Positions 1-12,625 of a stretch of DNA of 64,000 bases are shown here, piece by piece; within the stretch, counting starts at the first letter, position 1, and each line of letters starts with the position of its first letter. The position numbers and the translations under genes were made by a program. The stretch comes from Takakia lepidozioides (taxonomy: Eukaryota; Plantae; Bryophyta), in contig CM060733.1 in assembly GCA_030704615.1 (NCBI GenBank), positions 65,906,001-65,970,000 of the forward strand, written 5' to 3'. The notes under the pieces are model-generated. The model saw only the letters and a program-made list of their open reading frames with translations. It ran no database searches and was not told where the DNA came from.

Positions 1-398
1 GCAGACTTCACATCTTGCACGCCAGACCCTCTTGTGGAAGGAGGATCAACCAAGTTCCAGCATGGGAACTCTTTAGGCACGATTTCACCAATTGCACTGT
101 ACCAGATGGATTCAGAAGCTGGGAGCCGCCACTCTTTGCCCTTTCCGAAATCTGCATGCAGAATGACGGCACTTTCCAGAAAATTCCCATAAGCATCCTT
201 CGTCTCCTCTTCCAAAAACACCGTTCCTGGGCGGAGCCCGAACTTCACACACAAGTACTGCTCAGTGACAATCGCAAATCCTCGCAAGGTATTTTAGCTT
301 TCAGATAATCAAGATGGAAGTACATGTTTACCCAAACACGGGAGTCCATGTTGAAGACAACAACTCTCGGTAGGCTCCGCAGCGAAGTCCTGCAATGA
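1..398 (+). pseudogene. 3' end of an unknown cargo gene of family A
   Basis: Frame 15-308 continues past TAA as SRWKYMFTQTRESMLKTTTLGRLRSEVLQ*. Copy A2 (61861-61972, minus) reads ILALRESAWKYTFTQTRESMLKTGPLGTLRSEVLQ* with GAA in place of that TAA. Confidence 0.5.
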
Positions 399-599
399 GA
401 AGAGTGTGTCCTATATAATACCACAATCATTTTCTGGAGGATTTTGTATCCAACAGGATGGGTGATCAGTGCACGTATGGATGGAGGTGTGTAACGTACG
501 TGACAAATACGGACGACCACAACAAATTCACATCAAAAATTGGGTGTCTGAATTGTGATGTACCACCAGTTGGGCTACAATAAATCAGGCCTTCTCATG

Positions 600-1690
600 A
601 ATTTCGACACCGAAATTCGGATGAACATCTCTGTCATGTAACAGATTTGGAAGCCACGAGATGAATTCCGGCGACAGAATTCGAAATTAATTCACCTCAT
701 GAAACTGAGCTAGCACCCGACGGATGGATTTCGGTGCCGAAATTTGGATGAACATATTCTTCATGAAATTGTTTCTGCACATAAAGGATGAATTTTGGCG
801 CCGAAATACGGATGAATGTGTTCGTGATTAGAGTCATGATTCAGGACGTGTAAGGATTTCTTTGGCGAAATCGGGATGACAATAACCCTGAATGGATAGT
901 AGGGATGAGTTTCGGCGCCGAAATTCATCGTTCGCATGGCAATAATATTATTGGAGGGAGGACAGTGGATGAATTTCGGCGCCGAAATTCATTCTTCTTC
1001 TACTTTTTCGAAAGTCTTTTGCTGTCCTGCGAATGAATTTCGGCGCCAAAATTCATCCGAAGTCCTCCCTTCAATTTTTTTTTTCCTTGCGACCGATGAA
1101 TTTTGGCACCGAAATTCATCCATACTGTCGGCAAAGGGTAACTCTAATATTACATTTTCCATGCGACGGATGAATTTCGGCGCCGAAATTCATCCGAACC
1201 CGACACTTACTTCTTGCTTCTGGATGATGTAAGGTTCCGAAATTCGTATGAAATAACCCATTCAGACAGAGAAAACATGAATATTCTGCATTAAATGGAG
1301 AAATCGGCACATTTAATCCCTTATGTCTTTCAAAAGGCCGTTATCCAATGACGCAAGGGGATATTTTCTCAGGTTAGGGAAAAAGTAATTGCATTTTAGC
1401 CGTTGTTTTCATTTGAAACTGACCGTATCCATTAAGTGGTCATTTCTCGTACAGGCGGTTGCCGCAAATAAAGTATAATTTTGGCGCCGAAATTATACTT
1501 AACAGTCTAGACATGGCACGTCCAACAGGCATAGACAGCAACCGTGAAGGGCATTGATGGCAGCAAAGCGTGGCATGGTGCCGGTTTACTGTTCAGGTTG
1601 GATCTATTTCGGCGCCGAAATATGGATGATTTCAGCTCGTTTGCTCGCGGACGGAGATATTGTTAATGAATTTCGGCGCCGAAATATGGA
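600..1690. repeat. Dispersed family-A palindromes (GATGA)ATTTCGGCGCCGAAAT(TCATC)
   Basis: Copies at about 600, 728, 791, 908, 971, 1035, 1097, 1171, 1478, 1606, 1668; more at 2710-2945. Confidence 0.9.
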
Positions 1691-1783
1691 TGGAATGTGC
1701 CCCAGTGTAGCGTTCTGCACAGTTCCGGAATTAATTTCGGATCCGATATCCGACTGACAGGTGTGCTCATGACGGATGAGGAC

Positions 1784-2692
1784 TGTCGCGCGGCTTTTAC
1801 TCACCCATCCCTTCGCTATCCGAGGCGGAAACTCCAAGATAGAAGAGTTGGAAATCTCTAAGTACTCAGCCCGCGCAGAACAATCAGTCATGACCTACAG
1901 CTAGTGTATCATGGGGGTGTTTCCTATTTGTTTCCTTTTCCGCATTCATCTTAGCTACCTTACCATTGATAATTAAGTATCAGTTTGCTTCATCAATTTA
2001 TCGGTTTCCTTAACTCCTCCATTCAATCCACAGCTTCACTCAGATCTCTCTACACAGTGTGATTGTATCGTATAAGTATCAGATTATGATTTATCAGGTA
2101 TCAGGCCGAAGCCATTATGTCTCTATTCTTCTTTCCTATATCACTATAGCTTTGCATATAACAAGCATCTACTAATCCTCTTTTCTCCTTCATCGTGCTC
2201 TCCGATCTCCGCTCCCGCCTGACTCCGAAGTCCTCCCCGAATAATGATCCCCTTCTTCATTCCCGTTTTTCCTTTATCCTCCTATCCGCGGTTCTAACCG
2301 TTTCCCTCTCTAACCGTCGTATGTGAACTAACATGTTCCCTTCACAGGTGTTGTTCCCCACAGTCGTTCCCTGTCCTACTCTTCGTTCCCTATTATCGTG
2401 ACAGCTGTGTCAAGCGGTGACTGGCTGTGTTTGGCTGTGTCGGGCTGTGACTGGCTGTGTGGCTGTGCCGGGCTGTGACTGGCTGTGTGGGCTGTGTCTG
2501 CTGTGACGACTGTGACGGGCTGTGTTGGCTGTGTGGGCTGTGACTGCTGTGTCGGCTGTGTGGGCTATGTAACCCCCCTCTACAGTGCGCTGCTGTCACC
2601 CCTAAGGTTCCTGTTTGTCTCAGTCTGTGCAAAAATTAAGGGTACCCTACAGATCCCGTATAAGTGTCTAAGTCCCCTACAGTCCTCTAACA
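1784..2692. mobile_element. Solo LTR (909 bp) inserted in element A1
   Basis: Starts TG(TCGCG), ends (CTAA)CA, flanked by 5-bp TSD AGGAC (1779-1783, 2693-2697). The homologous site in A2 (~60275) is empty with a single AGGAC. Confidence 0.88.
2400..2570. repeat. Degenerate GGCTGTG(T/A)N minisatellite inside the solo LTR
   Basis: Tandem 9-10 bp units such as ggctgtgtc and ggctgtgact. Confidence 0.85.
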
Positions 2693-3218
2693 AGGACTGG
2701 GGAAGCGATGAATGTTGGCGCCAAAATTCATATGTTTTTGTATGAAAGCACTTACATAGGATGAATTTCTGCGCCGAAATTCATCTGTCCGCTGATGAAA
2801 CGTGCCGACTTGACTGTTGAATGTCGGTTGGCGGTTTGATTTCATGGCGGTTGGGTTTCATGATGTGCGGATAGTGCATTCAATGCCGGCTGCTCCGGGA
2901 ACAGCATCCGGTGAATGGAACGGTATTTCGGCGCCGCAATTCGGATACAGCGTCTTCTACTGGTGGCTTGAATAGGCACGTGTTGCGTTCCAGGCGAGTT
3001 TATCCGTCCGAACGTGTCAAGGGTCGCAATCTCTTCATCACCCATACGGCGGAAAGTGGTGGACGGTGGCAACGCTTGGGGAGACGTGGCTACTTGCGCA
3101 TCTGCTTGTGCACAGTGGTTGCATGTTCCACCGCTTTGCTCTCTCGCTCCTTGCCCTTCTGTGGTGACATTCTCCGGCGTTTCCTCTCCTTATGCAGCAT
3201 AGTGATAGCATAGAGTTT

Positions 3219-6200
3219 ATGGAAGGTCAGGCGACTCCGGCGCAGAGAAGGAGGACGTGGGATTTGGGAAGCCGCCGACGACACGACTGAAGCTCCGTCT
3301 TATGCAGGAAATGCAGACCTCGTTCGGAGACTCGGATCGCCCACCAGTGAGAGATTCGTGCTTCGCGGATGTGAAGCACTCCATACGCACTATTCATTTT
3401 ACACCTTTTTTGTGTGTGTGCAGTGTGTCATGTTTTCTTGTTTGTTTGACATGGGAGCTGGGGAGGGATTACAGGGGAGCGAGCCAACACAGTCAATTTT
3501 GGATACTCCTGCCCGGGTGCTGCGCTCGCAAGCTGGAAGTGCATCGAGGCAAGCGACTCCTCACAGAACACCTCAGAAAAGCCCACCTAGAGTCCGGAAG
3601 CCGAGGAAGCAAAAGGAGCCCATGGCTTCGCCTGGCCTGTAAAACCACTTGGGAGACTGGAAGCCGAGATATTGGGTTTGCAGGCAGTTTCAGAAAACAC
3701 AGATGCGGTGGAGGCCGCTGAAGATGTCAGACTCGGATCTACAGAAGGACGGCCCATTGAGCTGACAGAAGCTGAGGACGACAACGTGGTGTGACTTGAC
3801 GACTTCCCAGGAGATCAGAACTTGTTGGAGCTTGCGGAGGAGAAAAACTTCCAGGACAGCAGACAGGCTGGTTAGAGATGTGAGAGAAGTGAGAGAGGTG
3901 ATAGAAGTCAGAAACTGGTGGCGGGTATGCTCATGAGCGCACGAGACATGAACATAGTAGCAAACACGTTGCTAGCAGAGACTCATAGCAACATAGGCCG
4001 CATTTTGGGCTCCATGGTGTATCCGGAGAACCTCAAAGTTCCTTTGTGTTGCATGCCTTCCAGTTGTAAGGCAAGCACTGCCAGGGAACATCGACCGACT
4101 GAAGCACGGGGGTCGGCAACATTCTACGTTTCCATTGAGAATGACTAGGGTGTCACAAGGGCCCCCACTGCAGAGGAGCTTCAGAATTGGAGCCCCCACT
4201 GGCACACTGTAAATGATGAGTTTGAAGCCTCTCTGAAGACCAATCCCACATTCGCACACATGACAGGGAAGATGTTCTTCGTCTTGGACGGAAACCACAG
4301 GATGCTTGCCTGGACAGAGTACATTGCTGAAATGCATCCGCAAGATATCAATTGGCATTACATTGTGGACTGCATTGTCGTGAAGGTGGACGTGAGGGAT
4401 AGAGGACTGTTGAAGGGTGTCATGGCGGATATAAATCTGCAAGTATAGCACTACATCCTTGTGTAGTGCCTATTGCGGCGCCGAAATAGGCAATGTTCTT
4501 GACTGTCATCCACTCTATGAACTCGAAATTGGATTGCTGTCCCGAAATCTGGTTATTTTTTTTTTATCATATTTTCATGTTGTGGCAGGGTAACTGAGAG
4601 GGCCTTCGTGGAAACTCACCTGGCACATACGCTCTATAGAGTGCAAAAAGTGGGCACAGCACCGCTGACGGACTTCCAAAAATCCCTCGATCCCGAGCTG
4701 TACAGGAAGTCCCTTGCGAAAGCAGATCGCACCTGGTTCCGACCAACACTGGACGCCATGGTGGAGATCCTCTATTCGGTGAGATTCATCTCAAATTTCC
4801 CAATTTAATGCTATTTATTGCAGGGATCAGTGGCGTGACTGTATCCGCTGGGTATGGGAATGCAGACAAACATTAGGGATGACTTGGCCTATGCCAAAAG
4901 GCAGTTCTTTGAGAGTGATGCCCCCAACAAGGCGGACGCGTCGATAGAGAGTCGCATTGTACAGGCAGGGATGCAATCACGGACCAAGTACAGGTCCAAA
5001 CTTGTGAAGCAAGTTGCAATCGCTGACCCTAGTCTTGGTGCCGAATTCCTGGCGGAGATAGGACTGCATTACTCCAGACCCATGAAACCGGAAATGTCCA
5101 TGAAGAAACTTCATCACATCGCAGTGTCCTATGTTGAGCCGGCGGAGAAGGTTAGCATGTGTTTGTTCTTGTTTTGTGTCTTTTCGCGATTCTCATGATG
5201 AGGTTCTTTTGTCTGACCGATGTTAGGCCATGCAGACGAGGTGGCTGCGAATCTGGAACGGCCATACAAACACGAAGCTGCTGTACCACTTTCCCATCAA
5301 GCCAACAGATGACAAAATGAACGACTGACTCAATGTGATGACTTGGTGGCATCAGGTATAATTTCCTCCTCTTTTGTGTGTTGGACATCATCGCAATTTC
5401 AAATTCATGAATGTTTTGGAAACCTGCAATGCTGTAAGTACTGACCCACGCCCAGGAGCAATTGGATTGCAACACCACCACTTTCAAGTTACAGATCGAC
5501 TGGACGAAACCGGAGACAATGGAGAACTACGTGCAGTCCTGGCGAGGACGCTTCGCAAACCTCTTTTTCAGAGAAATTGCAAAGGCAAGACGCAGCATAT
5601 ACATCAAAGAGCAGGAGGGTGTCGACAAAGCGACAATGCAAGTCCTTTTCAGGTAATTTGCTGCCAATGCATCCCCCTATTTGCAGTTTTGAGAATTTAG
5701 CCAAGCAGCGGTGGGTATTGCGGCGCCGAAATATCCCTCTGCACGATGTGAATTCTGGGTAATTGGGGCACGGTCCATTGCGTATTTCGGTGCCGAAATA
5801 CCTTCTGCATTCAGAAATTCCTCTGCATGATGCATCAGTAGCATGATTTTTGTTGAACTGGCTCGTGATTGCAGGTACATAAATTTTGCTCTCATTCCGT
5901 CCAGAGCCATTCAAAGGGTTCCACCATTCTTCCTGGCGTGGAGGACACCTGGAGGTCGTGGTACGATGTACACAGAAGTAATGGCGAAGTAGTGGCATGC
6001 CGAACATTTGGTAGACTGTCCCTGGTATGTGGATCTCCCAAGTGGGACCGTTGACCTCTCGGAGGTTAACTTGAAGAAGGAAGCAAATACCCGGGCTATG
6101 AAGGCGCATTTGGATCCCCAACCAGAGGACGCGAAAAAACTGAAAGCAGAGGAGGCAGCAAAGCAGAAAGCACTGAGAAAGTCAGCCAAGGCGGCAGCGT

Positions 6201-7726
6201 TGGTGAAGGAGCAGATGGAGAAGCAGGCAGCTGAGCAGCCCAAGGACAGGAAGAAAGAACGCGCAAACAGGGGCAAGAGACGAAGAGCCCCAAACCTAAG
6301 AAGAAGAAGCAGCAACATAGTCAGCCAGATGACGAGGATTCCGATGACAATTTCCAGCAGGATAACACCCAGGGGGCCACACCTCGTCCAAAAATTCACA
6401 AGGGCCAGCGCTCCGGGGGTTCAGCTGTGAAGAGATCACTATACGAGGATGCACCTGGCAGACCCTACCGTGCGGTGCACATTGCGGGCAGGGAAGTCCT
6501 CAAAACACCCACAATTGTGGAGTGTGTTAATGAAAATTTCCTAACTGCTCTGACCAAAAGGCTGAAGAAAACGAGATTGAGGAAGGCGATCGAGGCCCAC
6601 CAAGGGAAGGGGAAGAGGAAGGCCACTGGCAATGATATCAAGGACACTCTCGGGTACACAAAGATGATGGAGTATTTTGTGGCAATGAGCCACGACAAAA
6701 AGAGCACAGTTGGGGGCAGGGCGGTGAAAGCCTCCATCGACATGATCTTTGTGGATATCCCAGATGGGCAGGAGTTACTGGGGCTGGGCTCATTACCGTG
6801 GTGGAACAAGTACGACGAAAGATACTGGAGCCACACATTCGGGTTCGCAGCCAACATGTTGGACGACGACGGCTGTGTTGTTGTGCTAGCAGCCGATGGA
6901 GAAGTCACTAAGAATGATATCAAAGTATGGACGGGGAGAAATGCAGCACCCATCCTGAAGAAGATCTAGACTTGCATCAACACGCAGGGTCTTGTCAACG
7001 ATGGTCAGAAGGTATGCTGCGGTTTTCCTCTGTTCTGCCAATTTCTGCGCCGAAATTGCCCATGTACGTGTAGGCCACCTCTCACGTTCTCCTTTCCTTC
7101 TTTGCAGACTCTTATCTTTCAGGCATTCTACTTTGTGAAGGAACATTCGAAATTCAAATTACGTCAAGCAGGAAGACTTGTTGATTCCACAGTTGATCCA
7201 CTAGAGTATAACGTCCTGTTCAACCATGTGGGAGAGAAGGACATGCTTTGTGATTTGTCAGGCAAGCCTTGGAGGTATGGCAGGACCAAGAGTCCTGCAT
7301 TCATCTAGACGCTCATGGAAACGTGTACGGATGTTGAAGGCAGGGTCCTCGACGTCACTACTAATACAGGTGAGAGCGTTCAATGATTGCGGCACCGAAA
7401 TTGACACCATTTCCGATTGTCTTTGTTTGTTTGCGCAAGGAAGCGAGTCATTCTTGACTTTGGCTTTGGTTGTGTCGTATGAATTTGCAGGTGCCTGTAT
7501 GTGGGCAGGAAGGATGTCGAACCGATTTGTGTTCTCATTTGAGGGGGATACGGCCTTGTACGATCTCAATTTGGCGGGCCTACAGCGTCTGCCTCCTACT
7601 GAGGATCCCAACAACGCAGAACAGGACGTGGAAGGGGAGGAGGAAGAGGAGGAGGAGGAAGTCCAGGAAATTCGTCCAATGCAGGGGCGCCCAAAGCCGC
7701 TTCCTGTAATGCCTGTCTTCGAGTGA
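3219..7726 (+). pseudogene. ParB/Srx-domain + beta-class amino-DNA-methyltransferase-fold fusion gene, family A (multi-exon, disrupted)
   Basis: Exon peptides FFVLDGNHRMLAW (~4275-4310), DMIFVDIPDG (~6740-6770), RTKSPAFI*TLMETCTDVEGRVLDVTTNTG / ACMWAGRMSNRFVFSFEGD (7283-7550). GT-AG introns are collinear with the B and C paralogs. In-frame stops at 4146, 6967, 7306 and a frameshift near 3262. Confidence 0.8.
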
Positions 7727-7846
7727 GTTGCACCATAGTAAGTGTATTGGTTTCGGTTGTAAGGACCATGCAACCTGCCGATGATTCCCTGTTTGAATGT
7801 TCTAATGTGCTTCATTCTCTGTTTGTGCATACACTCAGCCTTGTAG

Positions 7847-8328
7847 AGTCGTCCGACGAGGAAATGCTGGGAGACTTGCCCGAATCGGACCCTGTTGCAG
7901 AGGAGGAGACAGAATCGCATCGGCCGTTCTTTGCCAGAAAATCGTTTCTTGCGAGTCCCCAGAAGCCCTTTTTTCTACCACCCTATGTAGACACGGCTGC
8001 CAGAGAAGCCATCAGGAGGGAGGATAGGCCTACTCGGTTCGAGCAATTGATATTCGGGAAGGAGCAGAGAATTATAATGAGGCGTGTGACCAAACATGGA
8101 ATTGTGATAGGCAGAGTAGGCAAGTTCGTCATAGAATCCGCGTCTGAGAGCGAGGGGGATGATGAGGACAGTTCCGCACCCAGGTGGACAGTTCCAGTTG
8201 GTGAGGATGGTATTTTTGAGGGGAGGGCTTCTCAGAGTAACAGCGGTAGCAGCAGTGCAGGTTCGGAGGCAGGTGGAAGGCAGCCATCCTTGCATGAGGC
8301 CGGGGATGCATTGGACAGTGATCGCTGA
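7847..8328 (+). CDS. Acidic terminal exon/ORF (PFFAR...RWTVPxGEDGIFE family)
   Basis: Open frame homologous to 48715-49183, 23077-23546 and 57866-58360; lies directly downstream of the MTase exon in each element. Confidence 0.6.
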
Positions 8329-8587
8329 TCCTCGCCATAGCAAAGTCTCAATTGGATCCTTCTGTTGTACAATTCTGAATCACTTAATGAAAATATTGAC
8401 GATTTTTGAAATCATTGTGTTTAGACTGTGCATGTCTGATCCCCAACATTTCTTCCGCAAACCACAATGTAATAATAAAAGCTGAAGAGATGCAAAGTAA
8501 AGTAAAGAACTCTACAAGTAATTTATGCACACCAGCGAACCACGAACTAGAAGCCATGAAAAAACTGTCGTTTCTAACATTCCTATT

Positions 8588-8873
8588 GGGAATTTCGGCG
8601 CCGAAATAGCTAGTGTGCGCCTTCATAATATGGGCCTTATAAAATTCCACGTAGGAATTACTGCACCGAAATAGCACGATGGAAACCTTCAGCACAAGGC
8701 ACTTCAACACATTCCACTTGGGTATTTCGGCGCCGAAATAGCCCGCTCTGCGCCATAAAATACGTCGGTATATCACATTTCAAAAGGGAATTTCGGCGCC
8801 GAAATACCCCGGTGTAAGTCTTCAAAACAACAATTTAGCACACTGCTCTTGGGAATTTCGGCGCCGAAATACC
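8588..8873. repeat. Subterminal family-A palindrome cluster
   Basis: ATTTCGGCGCCGAAAT at about 8592, 8724, 8790 and 8855. Confidence 0.85.
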
Positions 8874-9112
8874 AAGGTCGGTGGCTTTAGGATGCCGGTG
8901 GTTTTAGCACAATTTCTTCTCGTAATGTCGTGGCACCATCTTTGTCTAGCCCCTTCTAGCACCAGTCATTTTCAATCGTTTGTGTGGATAGCCGTTGTCG
9001 GCCAATGGGGGCACGTATTGCCATTGCCCCAGAGAAGATCACGTGACATGGTGTTCCGCAGTGGGTTTTCAATGTTTGCATCTCTCCTTATGTGTAACTT
9101 CTGCCAAATCTA

Positions 9113-11370
9113 GGGTTCAACTATGTCGATCACCTCTCCTTGTTACCCACCAACAACACACAAGTCGTTTATAACCTTCTTAGCTTTTTCCAGCAGTTTT
9201 TGCAGTTCCATCCTGCCCTGAGGACACGTCCTTTTTTTGTCTTCTCGGAATCATATGGGGAAAGTTCGCAAGTGAGTTTGGCGTGGTCATCCACATTTAA
9301 GCTATTGCAGCCAAAACTTTGGACCTGAAGTTTGGAGGTATGTTCTTCTGTTGTGGGTAACCCTCTTACGGGTTTATAAGCAAAGGGTTATACACACAAT
9401 GACAAATGGTGCTTATAGGTGAAGAAGTGCTTCATTCAATTTTAAACAAATGTGTCATTCCAGAATTTTGGAAAAGGCAAACAAGCATGAATGCGGTTGT
9501 CAAGTGAGAGAATAACCAAGGATTAAATGAAAAATGTTTATGGACTTCTTGCTTCTCATAATTGGGGGCCTGTGTTTGTCTCCATTTGTCAGGAGTGGCA
9601 CTTGAAGACTCATGGATTTCTCCTCTTGATTCCATGGTAACTTGGTCAAAGCTTGCAGAGTTTGCTGGTTTCTGTTTCACAGCCATGACTTCTCTCCTCT
9701 GCAAAATGCTTTTAACAATCACCCTTTCCATTTAGAGGCTGCTTATTGTTGTATCCTTTGTTATCACCCCAACCGTGAGGACCCAAAATATCACTGCATG
9801 GAGTTTTTTTGCAATCTCGCACTGTAGAACAAAGGAAGGAGGTGGAGGAGAGGACATGCAGAAAAATGGATTTCATGCGTCTCAGTCGCAAGTGTCTGAT
9901 TGCAGTGGTCATGGGGGAGCTTTCTACATGCCAACGGGCGTTTGGATTTTGGGAAAGTTGCCATTGTGAACTAGTAATTCTCTTCGCCATGCAAATAATT
10001 TAGTGCTTCCATTTGTGTGAGACAAATGTATAAATGTCACCATTTTCTGTGAACTTTGGTCATGTGGTACCCTTGCTGAGGCCATGGTCTCTGTGGATGC
10101 AGACCCCAGGCAGCCATGGATGGTAAATCCACCAGGGTATGAAACTCGGGTCACAATCCCATAGCGCCACAATTTGGTTCTAGGGGATTGACATCGATGT
10201 GAGGACTCGACATGAACACCTTGCTGGAAAGCATGATGTTGATTACAACATTGCCAATGAACCTTCTCATCACAGAGTGGAGGGCTCTGAAATTGTAGGA
10301 CCAGCGGAAGGTGTGAGAGAAGAAGAAGAGAGATGTTTTGGTTGTAGAAATCATTAACAAACCTCTGAATGAATCTACGTTTACTCCTCTGCTTGTTGAG
10401 GATGGCAGAGCTGCTGACATGCCAGCTTCTTTGGTTGGGGAGGGCCAATTTGAGGATGCTACAAATTCTCGGATCAACGTGACCAACCTTGTTTCGCAGT
10501 TGAGTAATTATGTGGTATGGAATCCCCTCAATGTGCTTCTCTCTTGCTTCTGCCCTTGTGACTTGGATTTTCTCCCATAGAGCTCACTGTTTTCAGCTAC
10601 TGAACAAAGCTCCCCTTTCGCTTCTTAAATTTAGTATGAATATTTTAACTCACCCCAACAGCGGTGTGATGGTGCAGAATTTCTACAACATTCTATATGC
10701 CGACCAAGCAGCTTCAACCCAATCAGCAACATTTGCTTCATCAATAGCAGCGCTCCATAGATTTTCTGGTGTCCTCCTGCATAGTTACCCTGAACATAAA
10801 GACAGTGGACAGAAGAGCACAACACTACCTTGACTCTGCAAGAACTTATGAATACAGTAGTTCGTAAAAAACTTGGAATCATCCCTGCAGCAAGCGTAAA
10901 GTAAGACCCAGCTTCTTTATGCCTCACCTCTTACCAACTAGATTTCTAGTGGCCTCTCTTCTTAGCTGCTATGGTTTAACGTGCATTCCCGCTTCCATTC
11001 GCCAGTATGTGTATCTGTTCAGTATTGTATGTCTTTCAAAGCAGCTCCTCAAAGACGGCTAATTTGCTTGGTGATCATACAGATGGGTGACATCATCAGA
11101 TCCTATCTTCAATGCACTTGCGGGTGACTTCATGAAGGATACAATTCAGTTTGTAAGCAGACCATAGCTTTGAACATATGTACCCATAGTCTCAGGTTGT
11201 TTCCTATTCTTTACTGTTTTACCTGGTAAGAGTTTGGCATTTGTGATGGAAGGTACCTTGGTCGCTGTGTTCGAAGATATAGAATCTGATAAATTTAGGT
11301 TTTCCATGGACGGGTAGATGAATTGTTGTCACCTTCATTGGTGTGAAGGTGACCATTTATTTTGGCCAGG
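9113..11370 (+). pseudogene. Internal exons of a serine carboxypeptidase-like (S10, SCPL51/SCPEP1-type) gene, truncated at both ends
   Basis: Peptides FFQQFLQFHPALRTRPFFVFSESYG (nucleophile motif xESYG), GQFEDATN, NFYNIL, ELMNTVVRKKLGIIP, IFNALAGDFMKDTI and VTIYFGQ, in the expected order and separated by GT-AG introns. Confidence 0.65.
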
Positions 11371-11404
11371 TGAGTGAATTGTTTGTCTGTCTATATTTGC
11401 TCTT

Positions 11405-11885
11405 TGCTGGAATTGTACCAGATGTCATCCTGAACACTGCCCTGGTGGCCGTGTATGCCAAATGTGGGTGCATTAAGGATGCGAAGGGAGTTAATTTCAA
11501 CACTATGGCTGAACGAGATGTGGTGTCGTGGAACGCAATGCTTGCAGGGGTATGCACAGCAGGGGCGTGGGATGGAGGCTTTGGAGACCTATGAGCAAAT
11601 GATGGGGGAAGGAGTGAAGCCCAACCACATCACGTTTGTGTGCACGCTTTTTATTGCATGATGTGGAGGAAAAAAATATTCTCTTTGCCACCACAGTGAG
11701 AAGCTGGCCATTGGTTTTGGGCTGATCAGCCCGACTCATCAAAAATCTTCAAGTGTGTGGAGACTGCCACACCTCCACCAAATTCATCTCAAAGATTGTT
11801 GGCCGAGCAATTGTTGCATGAGACGTCGCTAACTACTTTCCACCACTTTGAAGATGGGATTTGTTCTTGTGGTGATTACTGGTGA
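11405..11885 (+). pseudogene. PLS-PPR fragment joined to a DYW deaminase C-terminus (RNA-editing factor pseudogene)
   Basis: [65 protein letters not shown]; frameshifts, and the E domain is deleted. Confidence 0.85.
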
Positions 11886-11901
11886 AAGGATGTTTTCTTG
11901 G

Positions 11902-12064
11902 AAAGATGCTAGTGTCTTGCTTCATTCATTGATCTGTATAGCTACCCAGACCATCCACCATTTCCTGAGAGTACTGACCATTATGTACTGTTGAGTGCAA
12001 GATGCAAGTGTCTTGCTTCATTCATTGATCTGTGTAGCTACTCAGACCATCCACCATTTCCTGA
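11902..12064 (+). repeat. Direct duplication of a ~66-bp segment
   Basis: aagatgc-agtgtcttgcttcattcattgatctgt-tagctac-cagaccatccaccatttcctga at ~11902 and ~11999. Confidence 0.8.
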
Positions 12065-12405
12065 TAGTGGGGTCTACCCGGCATAGGTGGGAAGTCAGCC
12101 CACAATTGCACTTGACTGAAGGGGTGATTTTTGACCGATTCTGGTGACAGTGGATGGAAATCAGAGTGCTGTCCTATTTCTGGGTTTGGGTGGTGGAGCT
12201 TCTCCAAAGCTTGAAGATGGAAGTGAATACGAATTTTAATGAGCTTGATGAGAAGGGCAGCCCTGTGCACAAGTTTGTTCAGCATCTTAAATTTGGACAT
12301 GTTTGTTTGTTTCTCGTGGTGTGGCTTTGGATGGAGCCCTTGACGAACTTGCATGAATATTGTCAAAAGCTAGCCTTAACCCACCAAGATCCAATGAGGT
12401 TTACT

Positions 12406-12579
12406 ATTTCATGAGCCCATGAGCCCATGAGCCTATGAGCCTATGAGCTCATGATCGGGCATCCGCGGAATTGGAATTTTCGTGCCTTTATTGACGGTAT
12501 TAAGTCCTCATACCTCGATAATAGGGTCTGTTTCTCCTAGTCCAGGATGCGGAATGAGGTATTTCGACGCCGTTATTCC
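12406..12579 (+). mobile_element. Family-A terminus (GAGGTTTACTATTTCATGAGC + CATGAGC repeats, ~175 bp)
   Basis: Near-identical to 57174-57357; similarity ends just after the first palindrome. Confidence 0.85.
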
Positions 12580-12625
12580 ACGTCACGACTGTAAAACAGG
12601 TCCAGAATTAGGAGTGGTGCGGTAG

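Larger units (their letters stand above)
1..8873 (+). mobile_element. Large Mutator-like DNA transposon, family A copy 1 (partial; runs off the left edge, terminal ~160 bp missing on the right)
   Basis: 289-8873 is the reverse complement homolog of 57337-61972 (copy A2, which has a terminus). Carries the ParB-MTase gene, acidic exon and ATTTCGGCGCCGAAAT palindromes. Homology stops at GAAATACC 8873. Confidence 0.8.

Noticed and set aside
1784-2692. Solo LTR being the missing partner of the Gypsy LTR at 29651-30376
   Set aside because: They share only the terminal TGTCGCG; internal sequence and length differ, and the solo LTR has its own TSD.
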